This document shows positions 37,585 through 51,399 of a stretch of DNA of 64,000 nucleotides, piece after piece. Under the pieces are notes generated by a model, which ran no database searches, had not been told where the DNA came from, and worked only from the letters and a program-made list of their open reading frames with translations. Each line of letters starts with the position of its first letter. Position 1 is the first letter of the stretch. A program made the translations under genes and the position numbers. Origin of the DNA: Pristiophorus japonicus. Its lineage: Eukaryota. Location of the stretch: contig NC_091999.1 in assembly GCF_044704955.1 (NCBI RefSeq), forward strand, positions 9,734,001 through 9,798,000, read 5' to 3'.

Positions 37585-37990
37585 ATCATCATCATCACAG
37601 GCAGTCGCACGGAATGGAGGAAGACTTCCTTCCACTCCTGAAGTGAGTTCTTTGGTGGCTAAACAGTGCAATACGAGAGCCACAGACTCTGTCACAGGTG
37701 GGACAGATAGTCGGTGAGGGAAGGGGAGAGTGGGACGGGTTCGCCGCACGCTCCTTCTGCTGCCTGCGCTTGGTTTCTGCAGTGCTCAACGCCCTCCCGG
37801 ATGCACTTCCTTCACTTAGGGCGGTCTTGGACCAGGGACTCCCAGGTGTCGGTGGGGATGTTGCACTTTATCAGGGAGGCTTTGAGTGTGTCCTTGTAGC
37901 GTTTACGCTGCCCACCTTTGGCTCGTTTGCCTTGAAGGAGTTCCAGGTAGAGCGCTTGCTTTGGGAGTCTCATGTCTGTCATGCTGGCAT
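37585..37990 (-). mobile_element. RTE 3' fragment, inserted after the segmental duplication
   Basis: (CAT)n tail; absent from the paralogous flanks near 48910 and 56255. Confidence 0.85.
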
Positions 37991-39015
37991 GTCTTATATT
38001 GTGTCAGTTTCCTCAATTTTTTAATGTTAAAAATTGCGATTCCTGCAGTATTTTCCATTTAGCTTTTGCGTGACACACTGATTGTTTTCAACACAGCCTG
38101 GAACCGTAACCTCACAGCACCGGCGAATGGCGGCCGCAGGGCACTAATGTCCACCGGGTCATTAGGGTTGCATTGTGGGAAGCACTGTCCTTGTTTATAT
38201 TACAGCAAATACGTAACAGGGTGCATTTTAACTGAACCACTGAGCGTGAATTTAAGTCAGCCTCCTGGAGGGAAACAAGTAGAAGGGCAAATCCCTCCTT
38301 TCAGAATATGAGCACAAATCCAGATTTATTTGAAGGTGAACTAATGCATGCAAGTTAATTGGTGCATTTAGAGACCAGAACAGCAAGGATAACGATAGAC
38401 TTGAGAAATCTCTCTATTTCCTTCACAGCTCTGCTGAAATGTTCAACTATTATTCTCTTCATGTGCCCTCCCATTGGATAATGTTTTTTCAACAAGTTTC
38501 AACTGTTAACAAGTTCGGAAACATGGATCTATCGTTAGGAAAAACTAAAATAATGTGTCAGAGGATTTACCGAAAACTTCAACTCATGAGATATTGGGTT
38601 TTGATGGAATGCACGGGATGAATTCACAAACACAGGCAGAATGTGGCAAGCATTTCATGTACCATTAAAGGAGTGGCCAGCAGGATGTTCCCTGAACATC
38701 GATCCATGACTTTAAAGTGAAACAGCTGATCAGAAGCAGAAAGGACAGTTTAACCAGTTAGTTCATTCTATGATCGATCATGCGGGCCGATTGGCTTCAA
38801 CAGTTTGTTCTCGGCCGCCCCTGGCAACAGTTGGGTGACAATTTGTTCCGAGTTTTAATTTGGTTTCCTCTCGGTGTGTGTTTGAGTGCCTAACAGAGCG
38901 CTGCACATTGTGGCTGCATCTGCCCGCGATTCCACACAACCCCAACAGCCAGGAGCTCCGATCTGCAGTCCCATGACAGTTTATGTACGGGGTGAGACTG
39001 CTTTCCATCACTGTG

Positions 39016-39478
39016 TGTCAGACAGAGTGCAGTAATACACGGCAGCGTCAGTCAGCTGCAGCCCGGCGATAGTTAAACTCGTGAATTTAGTCGAGGTCTG
39101 GAGCTCTGCAGAGAAACGGTTTCCAAAACCCTCTCCTTTCTCTTCCTCTGTGTCCCAAGACGTTCTCAACACAACAAACTGGGGCGCCTTCTCTGCTTTT
39201 TGCCGGTACCAATATAAGTAATAGTAGGTCATTGTGGTACTATATGTACATTTTATAATCACTGCTTCACCTTCTCTCCTGCTCACTGAAGACTGCGACT
39301 GAGTAACAGAATCTCCGTCACTCTGACCTGTAACATGTGTAGAGGAACAAGATAACTCCGAGAATTAAAACGGTGTCAGTGAAATGATATTAACACTTTC
39401 CTTTAAATAGAGCATTATTGAATCATCCTTACCAACAATAAACACCCCAAACACAACCCAAGCGCTGAATATCCGCAT
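39016..39478 (-). CDS. Intact TCR V-alpha/delta gene
   Basis: Leader 39478-39433 (MRIFSAWVVFGVFIV, GTAAGG); V exon 39327-39016 DSVTQSQSSVSRREGEAVIIKCTYSTTMTYYYLYWYRQ..DAAVYYCTLS, no stops; RSS cacagtg(39015-39009)-22-acataaact. Confidence 0.95.
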
Positions 39479-39499
39479 GGCCGCTGCCGAGCCCGAATC

Positions 39500-39605
39500 T
39501 GGCGGTCCCTTTAAAAGCCCAATCCAGGAGCAGAATAGATGCCGTTAGAGGCTCCTATTGGTTCAACGTCACTTCCTGCACTCATTGCTCCAATGACGCA
39601 ATATC
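39500..39605 (-). promoter_or_regulatory. V promoter: TATA-like TTTAAA, Ets plus CRE (CAGGAAGTGACG), second TGACGCAA
   Basis: Motifs conserved in the paralogous promoter at 57755-57860. Confidence 0.7.
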
Positions 39606-40339
39606 CAATTCACCCGCCACATATTGAAACGAGATTAAAATGATGGTCCTGGCTCAGTTGAATCCCTTTGAGCCACAGCATAAATAATCACAGCGTGGAG
39701 CCAATCACTCAGTGGGAGTGTCTGGTATGAGGAAAGCTTGAGCTTTGTTAAAGTTTAGAGATTTATTTAATGGGCTCTAACCGGTCACACTGAGTGATTG
39801 TTGATTCTGCGCTGGCGTGTGACGGCTCAGCGAGAGCGTTAACTTCATTCTCATTGTACCTTTCGTGTTTACACTCAACTATCCCCTGTGTGCAACACAT
39901 TTAATCTGTTCGCTATTTCTAACGAAAGAGTGAAGGCATTCTAAAAGAATATGGTAGCGATTTAGTTAAAACAGCTTTAGATGAGATTTCCACTGAGAGA
40001 CCAGAGGAAAGCTTCCTCTCCTATGTGCGCAGCAGAAGGTTAACCAAATCCGACCCTCGCCAAGCACCTCAGTCTGATTAGGGAAAGTGAGTGAATTCAA
40101 CTGAACATCTTTATCGATATTCGAACACATACATTATTACTTCGAGATAATATCTCACCGACAGCAGATTACTATTTTGGCAATTTTTCACAGAGGAATA
40201 TGAGAATTTTCCTCAAATATCTTCTGAAGCTGTTAGATGATCATTTTACTGAATCTACCAGTATTCCACTGTGCTGAAATGATCACATGCGAAGGATGGT
40301 TAGTGCCATGGGAGAAAGTCCTCACCCGTGTTTTAGCCC

Positions 40340-40760
40340 TCTCCCTCACTCTCTCTCCCCCAATCTCACTTTGTCTCCTCAGTCTCTCCCTCCTGCAGTC
40401 TCTTTCTCTCTCCAATTTCGTCACCGTCTGTCTCCCCCAAGTCTCTCTCTCTATCCCCAGTCTCTCTCCCTATCCCCTAATCTCTCCCTCTCCCTGTCTC
40501 TCTCTTTCATTGCCTATGAGTATTTCTCTCTTTCCCGTAGTCTCTCTTTCCCCAGACTCTCTCACTCTCTCTCAGTCTCTCGTTCTCCCCGGTTTCTCTC
40601 TCTCCCGAGCATATCTCTCTCTCGCTCCCTGTCTCTTTTTTTAAATCCCTTCCGCGAGTCTGTTTCTCTCTCTCTCGCTCCCCAGTCTCTGTCTCTCTCT
40701 CTCCCTCCCCGTTTCAATGTCTCTTCCCAGTCTCTCAATACCTCCGATTTTTCTCTCCCA
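40340..40760. repeat. CT-rich low-complexity tract (paralog 58550-58860; another at 17860-18430)
   Basis: Degenerate (CT)n. Confidence 0.9.
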
Positions 40761-42004
40761 TAGAAGGCCGCAAAAATGTTCATGTGGATAATCACAGTGA
40801 TATTATAGCCAAAAGTCTTAATCAGAGAAGGAACATAGTCAACAGCAGCACTTGGCTCCTGACAGTACAGCGCACTTCTGGATTCGGGTTCGAGGAGTCT
40901 GTGCATGTGTGGAACGGTGGGGGGAGGGGTGGATGGTCTGTGTCCAGGGCGGCCGTGCGCATGCACAGCACTTCGGGGCGGGACCCAGGGCGCGCATTCG
41001 CAGCAGGGCGGACAAATCCGTTGCAAATAATCACTCCAATTCACTAAACATGGTCGTTCACATTCAAACCCTCTCGTTGTTACTTTGAGATATCATATTA
41101 TTTCCATCATTGGACTATTTTGGTAGTTCCTCAGAAAGGAATAGGGACCCCTTCGCCAAATATCTGCTGAAATCCTTCGATTAATGACTACCTGAAGCAA
41201 ATACTGTGCTGAAATTAAAACCATGGGGTGGTAAATGTTGGTTGGTGAAATGGAAGAAACTCCTCAACCGTGTTACAGTCCATGGGTGTGTCCTTCATCA
41301 AAGATTTTAATATACAAGAGGTATCTTTTGAATGGTAGCTTTATAAAAGTACCATAAATTTATATCGCAGTTGCTTTAAGATTTAAGACTGGCAAACATT
41401 ATCTGTGAGGAAAGATTTAATAGGCTGAGCTTGTTTTAATTGGACCCGAGGAGGCTGAGGGGAGATTTACTTTCGGTGTCTACAATAATGAGTGGCCGAG
41501 ATAGAATGGATAGAATGGACCTATTTCGCTACCAGAGGGGTCAATAACCAGGGTGCAAAAAATTCAATTTGTTGGAAGAAGAATTAGACGGCAGATGAGG
41601 ACACAATTCTGCACCCAGAAAGTGGTGGGAATTGAAACTCACTGCCTGAAATGGTGGTAGAGGCCGAAACCTTCATCACTTAAAGAGCCGTAATCAACAG
41701 GGCTACGACCCTAGCGATAGAAAGTAGGTTTAGGCTGGGCAACTCTTTTTCGACCGACACGGACATGATGGGCCGAATGGCTTCCTTCTGTTTCGTAATT
41801 TTCTATGATTCTATGAAGCGTGCTCGGGAGAGAATGTGATGAGGAATAGCTTCCAAAACAAGAAGAATAGCGGTGGGGAGCGGATCTTTCTGAATCACAA
41901 GTATAGAAACACAGATACATACAGATTTAAATGTTGATGGATTTACAGAAAACAGGACAGGCATGTGACCGAGACCCGCGGGAGCAGTGAGAAAATCGTG
42001 ACCA

Positions 42005-42021
42005 CAGCGCCCTCTGACGGA
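42005..42021 (-). promoter_or_regulatory. CTCF motif CCGTCAGAGGGCGCTG
   Basis: Strong core match; degenerate paralog near 60972. Confidence 0.7.
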
Positions 42022-42099
42022 TATAATTGGAACATTTACAATTTTCGGATACCGGATGAATGGTAACCACTGTTAATTTATCTCGGGGAAGATTCCATT

Positions 42100-42462
42100 C
42101 TTTTGTACTCTATACCACGATTTATAAAGCCAATGATCCCGTAATCCTTTTTAACTGCTCTTTCAATCCGCCCTGCCATCTTCAACGATTTATGCACCCA
42201 GGTCTCTCTGCTCGTACACCCACTTTAGGATTGTAACATTTAGATTATATGTCCTCTCCTCATTTTCTCTAGCAAAATGCATCACTTCACACATGCTGCG
42301 TTAATTTTCATCTGCCATGTGTCCGCCCATTTTTACCATCCTGTCTATGTCTTCCTGAAGTATATCACTCGCCACCTCACTTTTTGCTATGCTTCCATGT
42401 TTTATGTCAGCGAGAAATGTAAAAATTGTGCCCTGTGCACCCACGTTTACCTCCATTAATAT

Positions 42463-42494
<32 letters not shown>

Positions 42495-44760
42495 AGGCAG
42501 TCCCTCGGAATCGAGGACGACTTGCTTCCACTCTTAACACAAGTTCTTACGAGAACCACAGTCTCTGTCACAGGTGGGACAGATAGTCGTTGCAGGAAGG
42601 GGTGGCTGGGGCTGGTTTGCCGCACGCTCTTTCTGCCCACCGTTGGCTCATTTGCTGTGAAGGAGTTCTCAGTAGAGTGCTTGTTTTGGGCGTCTCGTGA
42701 CTGGCACGCGAAATATGTGGCCTGCCCAGCAGAGCTGATCAAGTGTGGTTAGTGCTTCGATGCTGGGGATTGACGGCGAGATCCAACACCACCTCCAGTG
42801 CACCAATGCAGCATTTGGCCGGCTGACGAAAGGAGTGTTTGATGACCAGGCTTTTAAAACTCTCAGCAAGCTCATTATCTATGGGGCTGTACTAATACTC
42901 GCCCTCCTGTATGGCTCAGAAACATGGACCAGTACAGCAACACCTCAAGTCGCTGGAGAATTACCACCAACGATGTCTCCGCAAGATCCTAGAAATCTGG
43001 GCGGACAGACACCAACGTTAGCGTCCAGGCCAACATTCCCATTAATATATTTCATGAAAAGCAATGGACATTGTACCGACCCCTCTGTAACACCATGGTA
43101 TATCTTTCGCCAGTCCGAAAAACAAACGTTCAATATTACACTTTATTTCCTATCATTTAGCTAATTTTGAAACCCAGCTGTCACTATCCCTTATATTCCA
43201 TGGGTTTCACCTTTGCTGTCAAGCCAATTATGTGGTACTTTATCGATCCTCTATTTGAAATTCATTTACACGACATCAATCACATTACCCTCGTCAACCC
43301 TCTCCGTACCTCATCAAATGCTCGATCAAGTTGGTTAAACACAATTTGCCTTTATCAAGGCCGATCTGGATTTCTTTAATTGCTCCACCCCTATCCAGAT
43401 GTCTGTTAATTTTGTTTCTGATTACTTGTTCTAAATGCTTCCTTACTACCGAGTTTAAACTGACTGACCTATAGTTGCTGGGTTTCTCTTTGTTACCTTT
43501 TTTGAACAATGGTGTAAAATTTGAAATTATACAGCCCTCTGGCACAATCCCCATATCTATGGAGGGTTGGAATTTTATGGCCAGCACTTCGGCGATTTAT
43601 GTCGTCAATTCCCTCAGTCTTCATGGATGCAGCCCATCTGCTCCTGGTAGTTTATCTTCTTTACATACAGCTAGCCATTTTAAACCTCTTCGTTATCAAT
43701 TTTTAGCCTATCAAGTGTCTCCACTACCTCCTCCTTCACTATGTCTATGACAGCATCATATTCCTTGGCAAAAACAGGTGAAAATAATTCATTTATACCA
43801 ATGAGCTCTGGCTCCATGCAGAGGTGTCCTTTTTTCTTTAACCGGCTCCACCCCTCCTCTTACTAAGCTTTTATTATTTCTATACCGAAGGAAGACTTTG
43901 AATTAGCGTTTATGTTGGTTGCCATTCTTTTATACACTCTCTTTGCCCCTCTTATTTTCATTTACGCTTCTCCTCTAACGTTTCTATACAGAGCCTGATT
44001 CTCAGATGTTTTTAAACCTGGCATCTGTCATATGCGTGTTATGTTCGACTTCATCTTATGTTCTATCTGTTTCGTCAAATAGGAAGCTCTGACTTTAGTT
44101 TCTCTACCTTCCCCCTCGTGGGAATGTAACTCGACTGTACACGAATTATTTCCAATCTAAAGGCAGCACATGTTTCTACGACAATTTTGCCTGCCAATGT
44201 TTAATTCCAGTTTACCCGGGCCAGATCCACTCCCATCCGATACAAATTGGCCTTGGCCTAGTTACACATTTTTACTCTAGATTACTTCCTGTTCTTTACG
44301 ATAGCTAATCTAAACCTTATGATACTAAGATCACTGTTCCCTAAATGTTCACCTACAGATAAGTGCTCCACTTGACCTACCTCGTTCCCCAGAACCAGAA
44401 CCGGCAAAGCCTCCTCCCTCATCGGTCCAGAAACATACTGATCAAGTCTCTAACACACTTCAAAAATGATTCATCTTCTCTGTTTTTAAACTATTAGCTT
44501 CGCAGTCTATCTTGGATACTTGATGTCTCCCATTATTACAACTCTAAATGTCTTGCATCTCTCTGTAATTCATCTGCAAATGTTTCCCTCCTTATCATTA
44601 CGACTCTTTGATGGTCCATAGAATAGCTATAGAATACATTTCATGAAGGCCTTATACCCAGGAATATTTAATACCCAATCATGCCCATTTTTGTGCCACT
44701 TCTCAGTTAATGCCACAATAGCATATTTCCATGTTGTTCTTTGTGCCTGAAGCTCAATTC
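42100..44760 (-). mobile_element. Old decayed CR1 ORF2
   Basis: TPLFKKG..NYRSVSL motif at 43294-43587. Confidence 0.75.
42465..43038 (-). mobile_element. RTE insertion with a 5' inversion and 12-bp TSD
   Basis: TSD CCATTAATATAT at 42453-42464 and 43039-43050; (CAT)n tail; strand flip near 42770. Confidence 0.85.
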
Positions 44761-44775
44761 TCTCTATATAATCAT

Positions 44776-47700
44776 CATAGAAACATAGAAACATAGAAAA
44801 TAGGTGCAGGAGTAGGCCATTCAGCCCTTCTAGCCTGTACCACCATTCAATGAGTTCATGGCTGAAAATGCAACTTCAGTACCCCCTTCCTGCTTTCTCG
44901 CCATACCCCTTGATCCCCCTAGTAGTAAGGACTAAATCTAACTCCCTTTTGAATATATTTAGTGAATTGGCCTCAACTACTTTCTGTGGTAGATAATTCC
45001 ACAGGTTCACCACTCTCTGGGTGAAGAAGTTTCTCCTCATCTCGGTCCTAAATGGCTTAACCCTTATCCTTAGACTGTGACCCATGGTTCTGAACTTCCC
45101 CAACATTGGGAACATTCTTCCTGCATCTAACCTGTCGAAACCCATCAGAATTTTAAAGGTTTCTATGAGGTCCCCTCTCATTCTTCTGAACTCCAGTGAA
45201 TATAAGCCCAGTTGATCCAGTCTTTCTTGATAGGTCAGTCCCGCCATCCCGGGAATCAGTCTGGTGAATCTTCGCTGCACTCCCTCAATAGCAAGAATGT
45301 CCTTCCTCAAGTTAGGAGACCAAAACTGTACAAAATACTCCAGGTGTGGCCTCACCAAGGCCCTGTACAACTGTGGCAACACCTCCCTGCCCCTGTACTC
45401 AAATCCCCTCGCTATGAAGGCCAACATGCCATTTGCTTTCTTAACCGCCTGCTGTACCTGCATGCCAACCTTCAATGACTGATGTACCATGACATCACAC
45501 TAGACATTGCCTTAGATGTATCTGCGCTTGACGATCCAGAGTCGATAGACTGTTGGAAAATTATCACCAATGCATCCACTATTTCTAGGGCCACTTCCTT
45601 AAGTACTCTGGGATTCAGACTATCAGGCCCTGTAGATCTATCGGCCTTCAATCCCATCAATTTCCCTAACACAATTTCCCGCTTTATAAGGCGATCCTTC
45701 AGTTCCTCCTTCTCACTAGACCCACTGTCTTGAAGTACATTTGGAAGGTTATTTATGTCTTCCTTCGTGAAGACAGAACCGAAGTATTTGTTCAATTGAT
45801 CTGCCATTTCCTTTTTGATAAATGCACCTGAATCCGACTGCAAGCGAGCTACTTATGTCTTTACTAACCTTTTTCTCTTCACATATTTATAGAAGCTTTT
45901 GCAGTCAGTTTTTGTGTTCCCTGCAAGCTTCTTCTCGTACTCTATTTTCCCCCTCTTAATTAAACCGTTAGTCCTCCTCTGTTGAATTCTAAATTTCTTC
46001 CAGTCCTCAGGTTTGTTGCTTTTTCTGGCCAATTTATATGCCTCTTCCTTGGATCTAACACTATCCTTAATTTCCCTTGTTAGCCACTGTTGAGTCACCT
46101 TCCCCGTTTTATTTTTACTCCAGACAGGGATGTACAATTGCTGAAGTGCATCCATCTGCTCTTTAAATATTTGCCATTGCTTTTCCTCTGTTAAGTATCA
46201 TTTGCCAGTCTATTCTAACCAATTCACGCCTCTTACCGTCGAAGTTACCTTTACTTAAGTTCGGGACCATAGTTTCTGAATTAACTGTGTCACTCGCCAT
46301 CTTAATAACGAATTCTACCATATTATGCTCACTCTGCCCCAATGGGCCTCGCACAACAAGATTGCTAATTAGTCCTATGTCATTACACATCACCCAGTCT
46401 AGGATGGCCAGCTCTCTAGTTGGTGCCTCGACATATTGGTCGAGAACACCATTTCTAAAACACTCCAGGAAATCCTCCTCCATCGCATTGCTACCAGTCT
46501 GGTTAGCCCAATCAATATGTAGATTAAAGTCGCCCAAAATAACTGCAGTATTTACACAACCTTAATTGCACACAACCCTTATTTCTTGTTTGATTCTGTC
46601 CCCAACCTCACTACTACTGTTTGTTGGTCTGTACACAACTCCCACTAGCGTTTTCTGCCCTTTGGTATTCCGCAGCTCCATCCATATCGATTCCACATCA
46701 TCCAGGCTAATGTCCCTCCTCACTATTGCATTAATTTCCTCTTTAACCAGCAGCGCCACCCCGCCTCCTTTTCCTCTCCGTCTATCCTTTCTAAATGTTG
46801 AATACCCCTGGATGTTGAGTTCCCAGCCTTGGTCACCCTGGAGCCATGTCTCCGTGATGCCAATTACATCATATCCGTTAGCTGCTATCTGCGCAATTAA
46901 TTTGTCCACCTTATTCCGAATACTCCTCGCATTGACGCACAGAGCATTCAGACTTGTCTTTCAAACACACTTTGCCACTTTAGAAATGTGCTGTAATGTA
47001 GCCCTTTTTGCTTCTTGCCTTGGGTTTCTCTGCCATCCACTTTTACTACTCCCGTTTCTATCTTTTGCTTCTGCCTCCATTTTATTTCCCTCTGTCTCCC
47101 TACATCAGTTCCCATCCCCCTGCCATCTTAGTTTAAGTCCTCCCCAACAGCACAAGCAAACACTCCCCCTAGGGCATTGGTTCCGGTCCTGCCCAGGTGC
47201 AGACCGTCCGGTTTGTACTGATCCCAGCTCCCCCAGAACCGCTTCCAATGTCCCAGGAATTTGAATCCCTCCCTCTTGCACCACTCCTCAAGCCACGTAT
47301 TCATCTGAGCTATCCTGCGGTTCCTACTCTGACTAGCACGTGGCACTTGTAGCAATCCTGAGATTACTACGTTTGAAGTCCTACTTTATAATTTAGCTCT
47401 GAGCTCCCTAAATTCGTTTCGTAGGACATCATCCCATTTTTTTACCTATATCGTTGGTACCTATAGGCACCACGACAACTGGCCGTTCACCCTCCCTTTT
47501 CAGAATGTTCTGCACCCACTCTGAGACATCCTTGACCCTTGCACCAGGGAGGCAACATACCATCCTGGAGTCTCGGTTGCGGCCGCAGAAACGCCTATTT
47601 ATTACCTTACAATCAAATCCCCTATCACTATTGCTGTCCCACTCATTTTCCTGCCCTCCTGTGCAGCAGAGCCACCCACGGTGCCATGAACTTGGCTGCT

Positions 47701-48505
47701 GCTGCCCTCCCCTGATGAGTCATCCTCCTCAACAGTCCCCAAAGCAGTGTATCTATTTTGCAGGGGGATGACCGCAGGGGACCCCTGCACTACCTTCCTT
47801 CCAATGCTCCTCCTGTTGGTCACCCATTCCCTATCTGGCTGTTTACCCTTTACCTGCGGTAAGACCAACTCGCTAAACGTGCTAGTCACGTCATTCTCAG
47901 CATCGTGGATGCTCCAGAGTGAATCCACCCGCAGCTCCAGTCCCACAATGCGGTCCATCAGGAACTGGCGCTGGATACACATCCCTCACACGTAGTCATC
48001 AGGGGCACCGGAAGCGTCCCTGAATTCCCACATAGTACAGGAGGAGCATAACACGTGTCCGAGCTGTCCTGCCATGAATTAACCCTTAGATAAACTTAAT
48101 TTAGCAACAACAATGCTAAATGTTACTTACTGATAAAGAAAGAAAAAGAAAAACTACTTACCAATCACCAGCCAATCACTTACCCCCTTGGCTGTGACGT
48201 CACCTTTCGATTTCTTTCTACTTCTTTTTGCCTTCTCTCCCTGCTGCAGCTGCACCGCCTGGCCTGTCCGACTCATGAACTCCCGAGATTCTCCTCGATG
48301 CCTGGCCTTTTGTAGGCCGCCTCGATGTCCCCGCTCCACCTGTCCAACTCACGAACTCCAGAGCCTCTCGATGCCGGGCCTTTTGTAGGCCGTCTCGATC
48401 TCCCCACTCCAGCTTTCCCCGACTCACGAACTCCCGACCCTCTCCTCGATGCTGGGCCTTTTGTAGGCCGCCTCTATCTACCCGCTCTGCCTCTCGCCGA
48501 CTCAC
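44776..48505 (-). mobile_element. CR1 with 5'UTR tandem repeats, ORF1 esterase, endonuclease, RT core deleted, 3' end
   Basis: GDLIVR/DGLHL ORF1; GITETW, MGDFN; deletion junction near 45495-45532; repeats at 48260-48505. Confidence 0.95.
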
Positions 48506-50808
48506 GAAATGCTGTTTCTTCTATTATTGCACTACACCCTGAATATTTCAACATGGGACCAGGCTCTGCTTTTCTTTTACTTTTTCTTTGTTATATGAAT
48601 AAATAGGTAGTTGATAGAAACATAGATATTGACCTAAATAAGCATGTATATTAGCGAGGGCGGGGAATGCAATAATATTTGGTTGGAAGCATAAATTTAG
48701 ATTTTTTTTAAGCAATCAGCAACTGCGTGAAATTTCGAATTGATCTGGTATTCTGTCGGTAATCTTTGTCTTGAAAGCATGGTGTGAATCTTGAAGCAAT
48801 CTCCAACAGATTTATGAGGATTGAGGGACAGGTCTAAAGGTGAGCAATAAGACATGGCACTTTGCACTGTTAGTGGCATGCTCTGTTGTCCAAACGTTTA
48901 CTAATTCACACTTGTGTTATATTGTGTCAGTAGCTCATAGCTTTTTAATGTTAAAGATTGTGATTCCTGCAGTATTTTACATTTATCTTTTGCATGAAGC
49001 ACTGATTGTTTTCAACACAGCCTGGAACCCTGACCTCACAGCACACGGATAGGTTGCCGCAGGGCCCTAATTTCAACCGCGTCATTAGGGTTGCATTGTG
49101 GGAATCTCTATCCTTGTTTATATTACAGCAAATCAGTAACAGCGTGCATTTTAACTGAATCACTGAGCGCTAATTTAATCCAGCCTCCTGAAGGGAAACA
49201 AACACAAGGACACATCCCTATTGTTGGAGCGGATTTTTGGACATATACTTGACTAGTATACGGGACCAAACATTTGTTTTATTTTCCCCTTTAATTAATT
49301 TTTTAAGGGACAATACTGATGCATTATGTTTTATATAAAACACACAGTTAGACTTCAAGGTATGCTGGCCTTGAGTTATGGTGATAGGAAAGTGAGATAA
49401 TGAACGACTGGAGAGATAAGTGGGATGTTTGTCTATACCGGTGCCAAAAGACCTGCAATTGTTTATAATGCCCTGTCACAGTGCAGGCTGGTTTATATCA
49501 AAAACTCAGCCTTGGATGAAAAGCTTTATAAACTTTGTAATGCGATGATAAAGCATGTGATGTAAAGTGACGTAATTTGTAAGATAAAAGAACCTCACCG
49601 GAGATACAAAATTGAGAAGCTGGTTCAAAGACAGGGGTCTTTAACACTTCTCCCAAAGCTTTGTCTCCGACTTAATAAACCTCTCTTTATATATTATACA
49701 GTTTCGGAAATATTTTTCCACAACAAAATGGCGTCACAAACAGGATACTGTCCGATCAGACGCGATCACTTAAGACAGTATCTGGAATCTGGTGTTAGAG
49801 ACTGAAAAGAGAGGTGTACGGACACGACGGGATAGTAGAAGATACAAGTAAACAGATAGCGGGAAGAGGCTGACTAACCAGTTTGAGTTGTCCCTTTACT
49901 AAATAAGGTCGGTGCGGAAGGGAACTGATCGATCCAACCTAGAGCCGAAAACTCCGGTGGTAAGGAAACACGCTAGCTTTGTTGCGAAGACAAAGGGTCT
50001 CCACAGAGTAGTCGTGGCCGTGAGTATTACAGAAACAAAGGGAAACGTCCGAGACTGGCGAACATGGAAGGTAAGGAAGGGAATATAAAACGCGGGCTGC
50101 CTGGGTCATTAATTAATTGCTATCATTAATTGTAACTTGTGTAATTAAGTAATGCCATAAAAAAGCTGATAGTGACTATCTTAAGTGACATATAGATCCA
50201 GACATAAGCTTTGTTGAATGAAGATAGACTTTTGTGAGTGTCTATTTTGAATGAAGAGTGTTCTCGAGTGATTTTGACTGTGGAATGAATGAAAGCCTGC
50301 TTGGGAAGGTGTGGAGTTGCCTGCCTGTTTTAGCTCCACCCACTCTTTCCAAACAGAGTGAAAACATTTTTTAATCCTTTGCAGTGTTGTCCTGTATGTG
50401 GAAGTTTAAGAAACTGTGAACCTTATGGTATTACATTTTAAGTTAGAAACGAAGGTGTGGATATATTCGGATGCTAAGTTACGGAGCTAGGAAATGCACA
50501 AAGGATAGGTTTGTTGAGTAAAAGATAAAAAAATACATTGTCCCGGTAGTAAAAAAGAAGAAGTTATTTGACACGCTCACTTACTTGTCGAAAGAAAACA
50601 TGCAATTGGGTTGAAAGACATAAATTTAGTCCAGGAATGAGATAAAGAATGCCTTTTAAAACGCTCCCATTTTTCCTTTGTGTAAAACCTTGACACGAAA
50701 GCTTCTAGTTCAGTTAAAAAAAAGAGTTTTAAATTTAGAAATACTTCAGGGATCAGGTGAAACTCCTGGGCGAGTGGTGAGCTATCTGTGAAGGTGTAAA
50801 AGGGACTT

Positions 50809-51396
50809 TTGAAAAAGGCTAAAACAGTAAGCGTTAGCAGTTTAGAAAATAAAAAGATAAAGCAGGAAAAGGTCTCTGCCACGGGAACAGGAGGAGGGCA
50901 GAAAAGGGGGACTTGCCATAATTGTGGAAAACCGGGCCATTTTGCCAGGGAATGCAAAGGGAAAGGCAGTGAAAAGCAATGTACGTATTGTGGTAAGAAA
51001 TGGCACCTGGAAGCGACATGCTATGGTAAAAATGGCTATCCTAATAAGGCAAGGACCCTGTCAGAACAGGAATACCAGCAGTGGCAGGCGTACAAAGCCA
51101 CCCGGTGATGTCTGGCGGCCCCTGTATAAAGTAAAAAGGAGGGAAGGATATATGTGTCTGCACTAGTAGGGGGCCGACAGTGTGCGATGCTAGTGGACAC
51201 GGGAGCCTCAATATCCATTACCAATATGCCTCTTCCTGTCACCGACAAGAGGGCTCTGATAAACGGAATAGATGGACGGCCAACACTGGCCTACCTGAGC
51301 ACCACCCAATTGGTGGAAATTGATAACTTATATATACCCATGAGATTTTACATATGCAAGAATCGTGAGGGAACAATATTGGGCGGTAAAAATTAA
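50809..51396 (+). pseudogene. gag-pro: ERV gag nucleocapsid and protease
   Basis: CHNCGKPGHFAREC and CTYCGKKWHLEATC knuckles; DTG protease in the same frame after the gag TGA. Confidence 0.9.
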
Positions 51397-51399
51397 GCG

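Larger units (their letters stand above)
37190..42060. repeat. Segmental duplication unit, copy A (V plus flanks)
   Basis: Colinear with about 56100-61030 and, in part, with 48510-49221 plus 55391-55890. Confidence 0.9.

Noticed and set aside
42426-42752. Poly-His/poly-Asp ORF
   Set aside because: It is the (CAT)n tail of the RTE element
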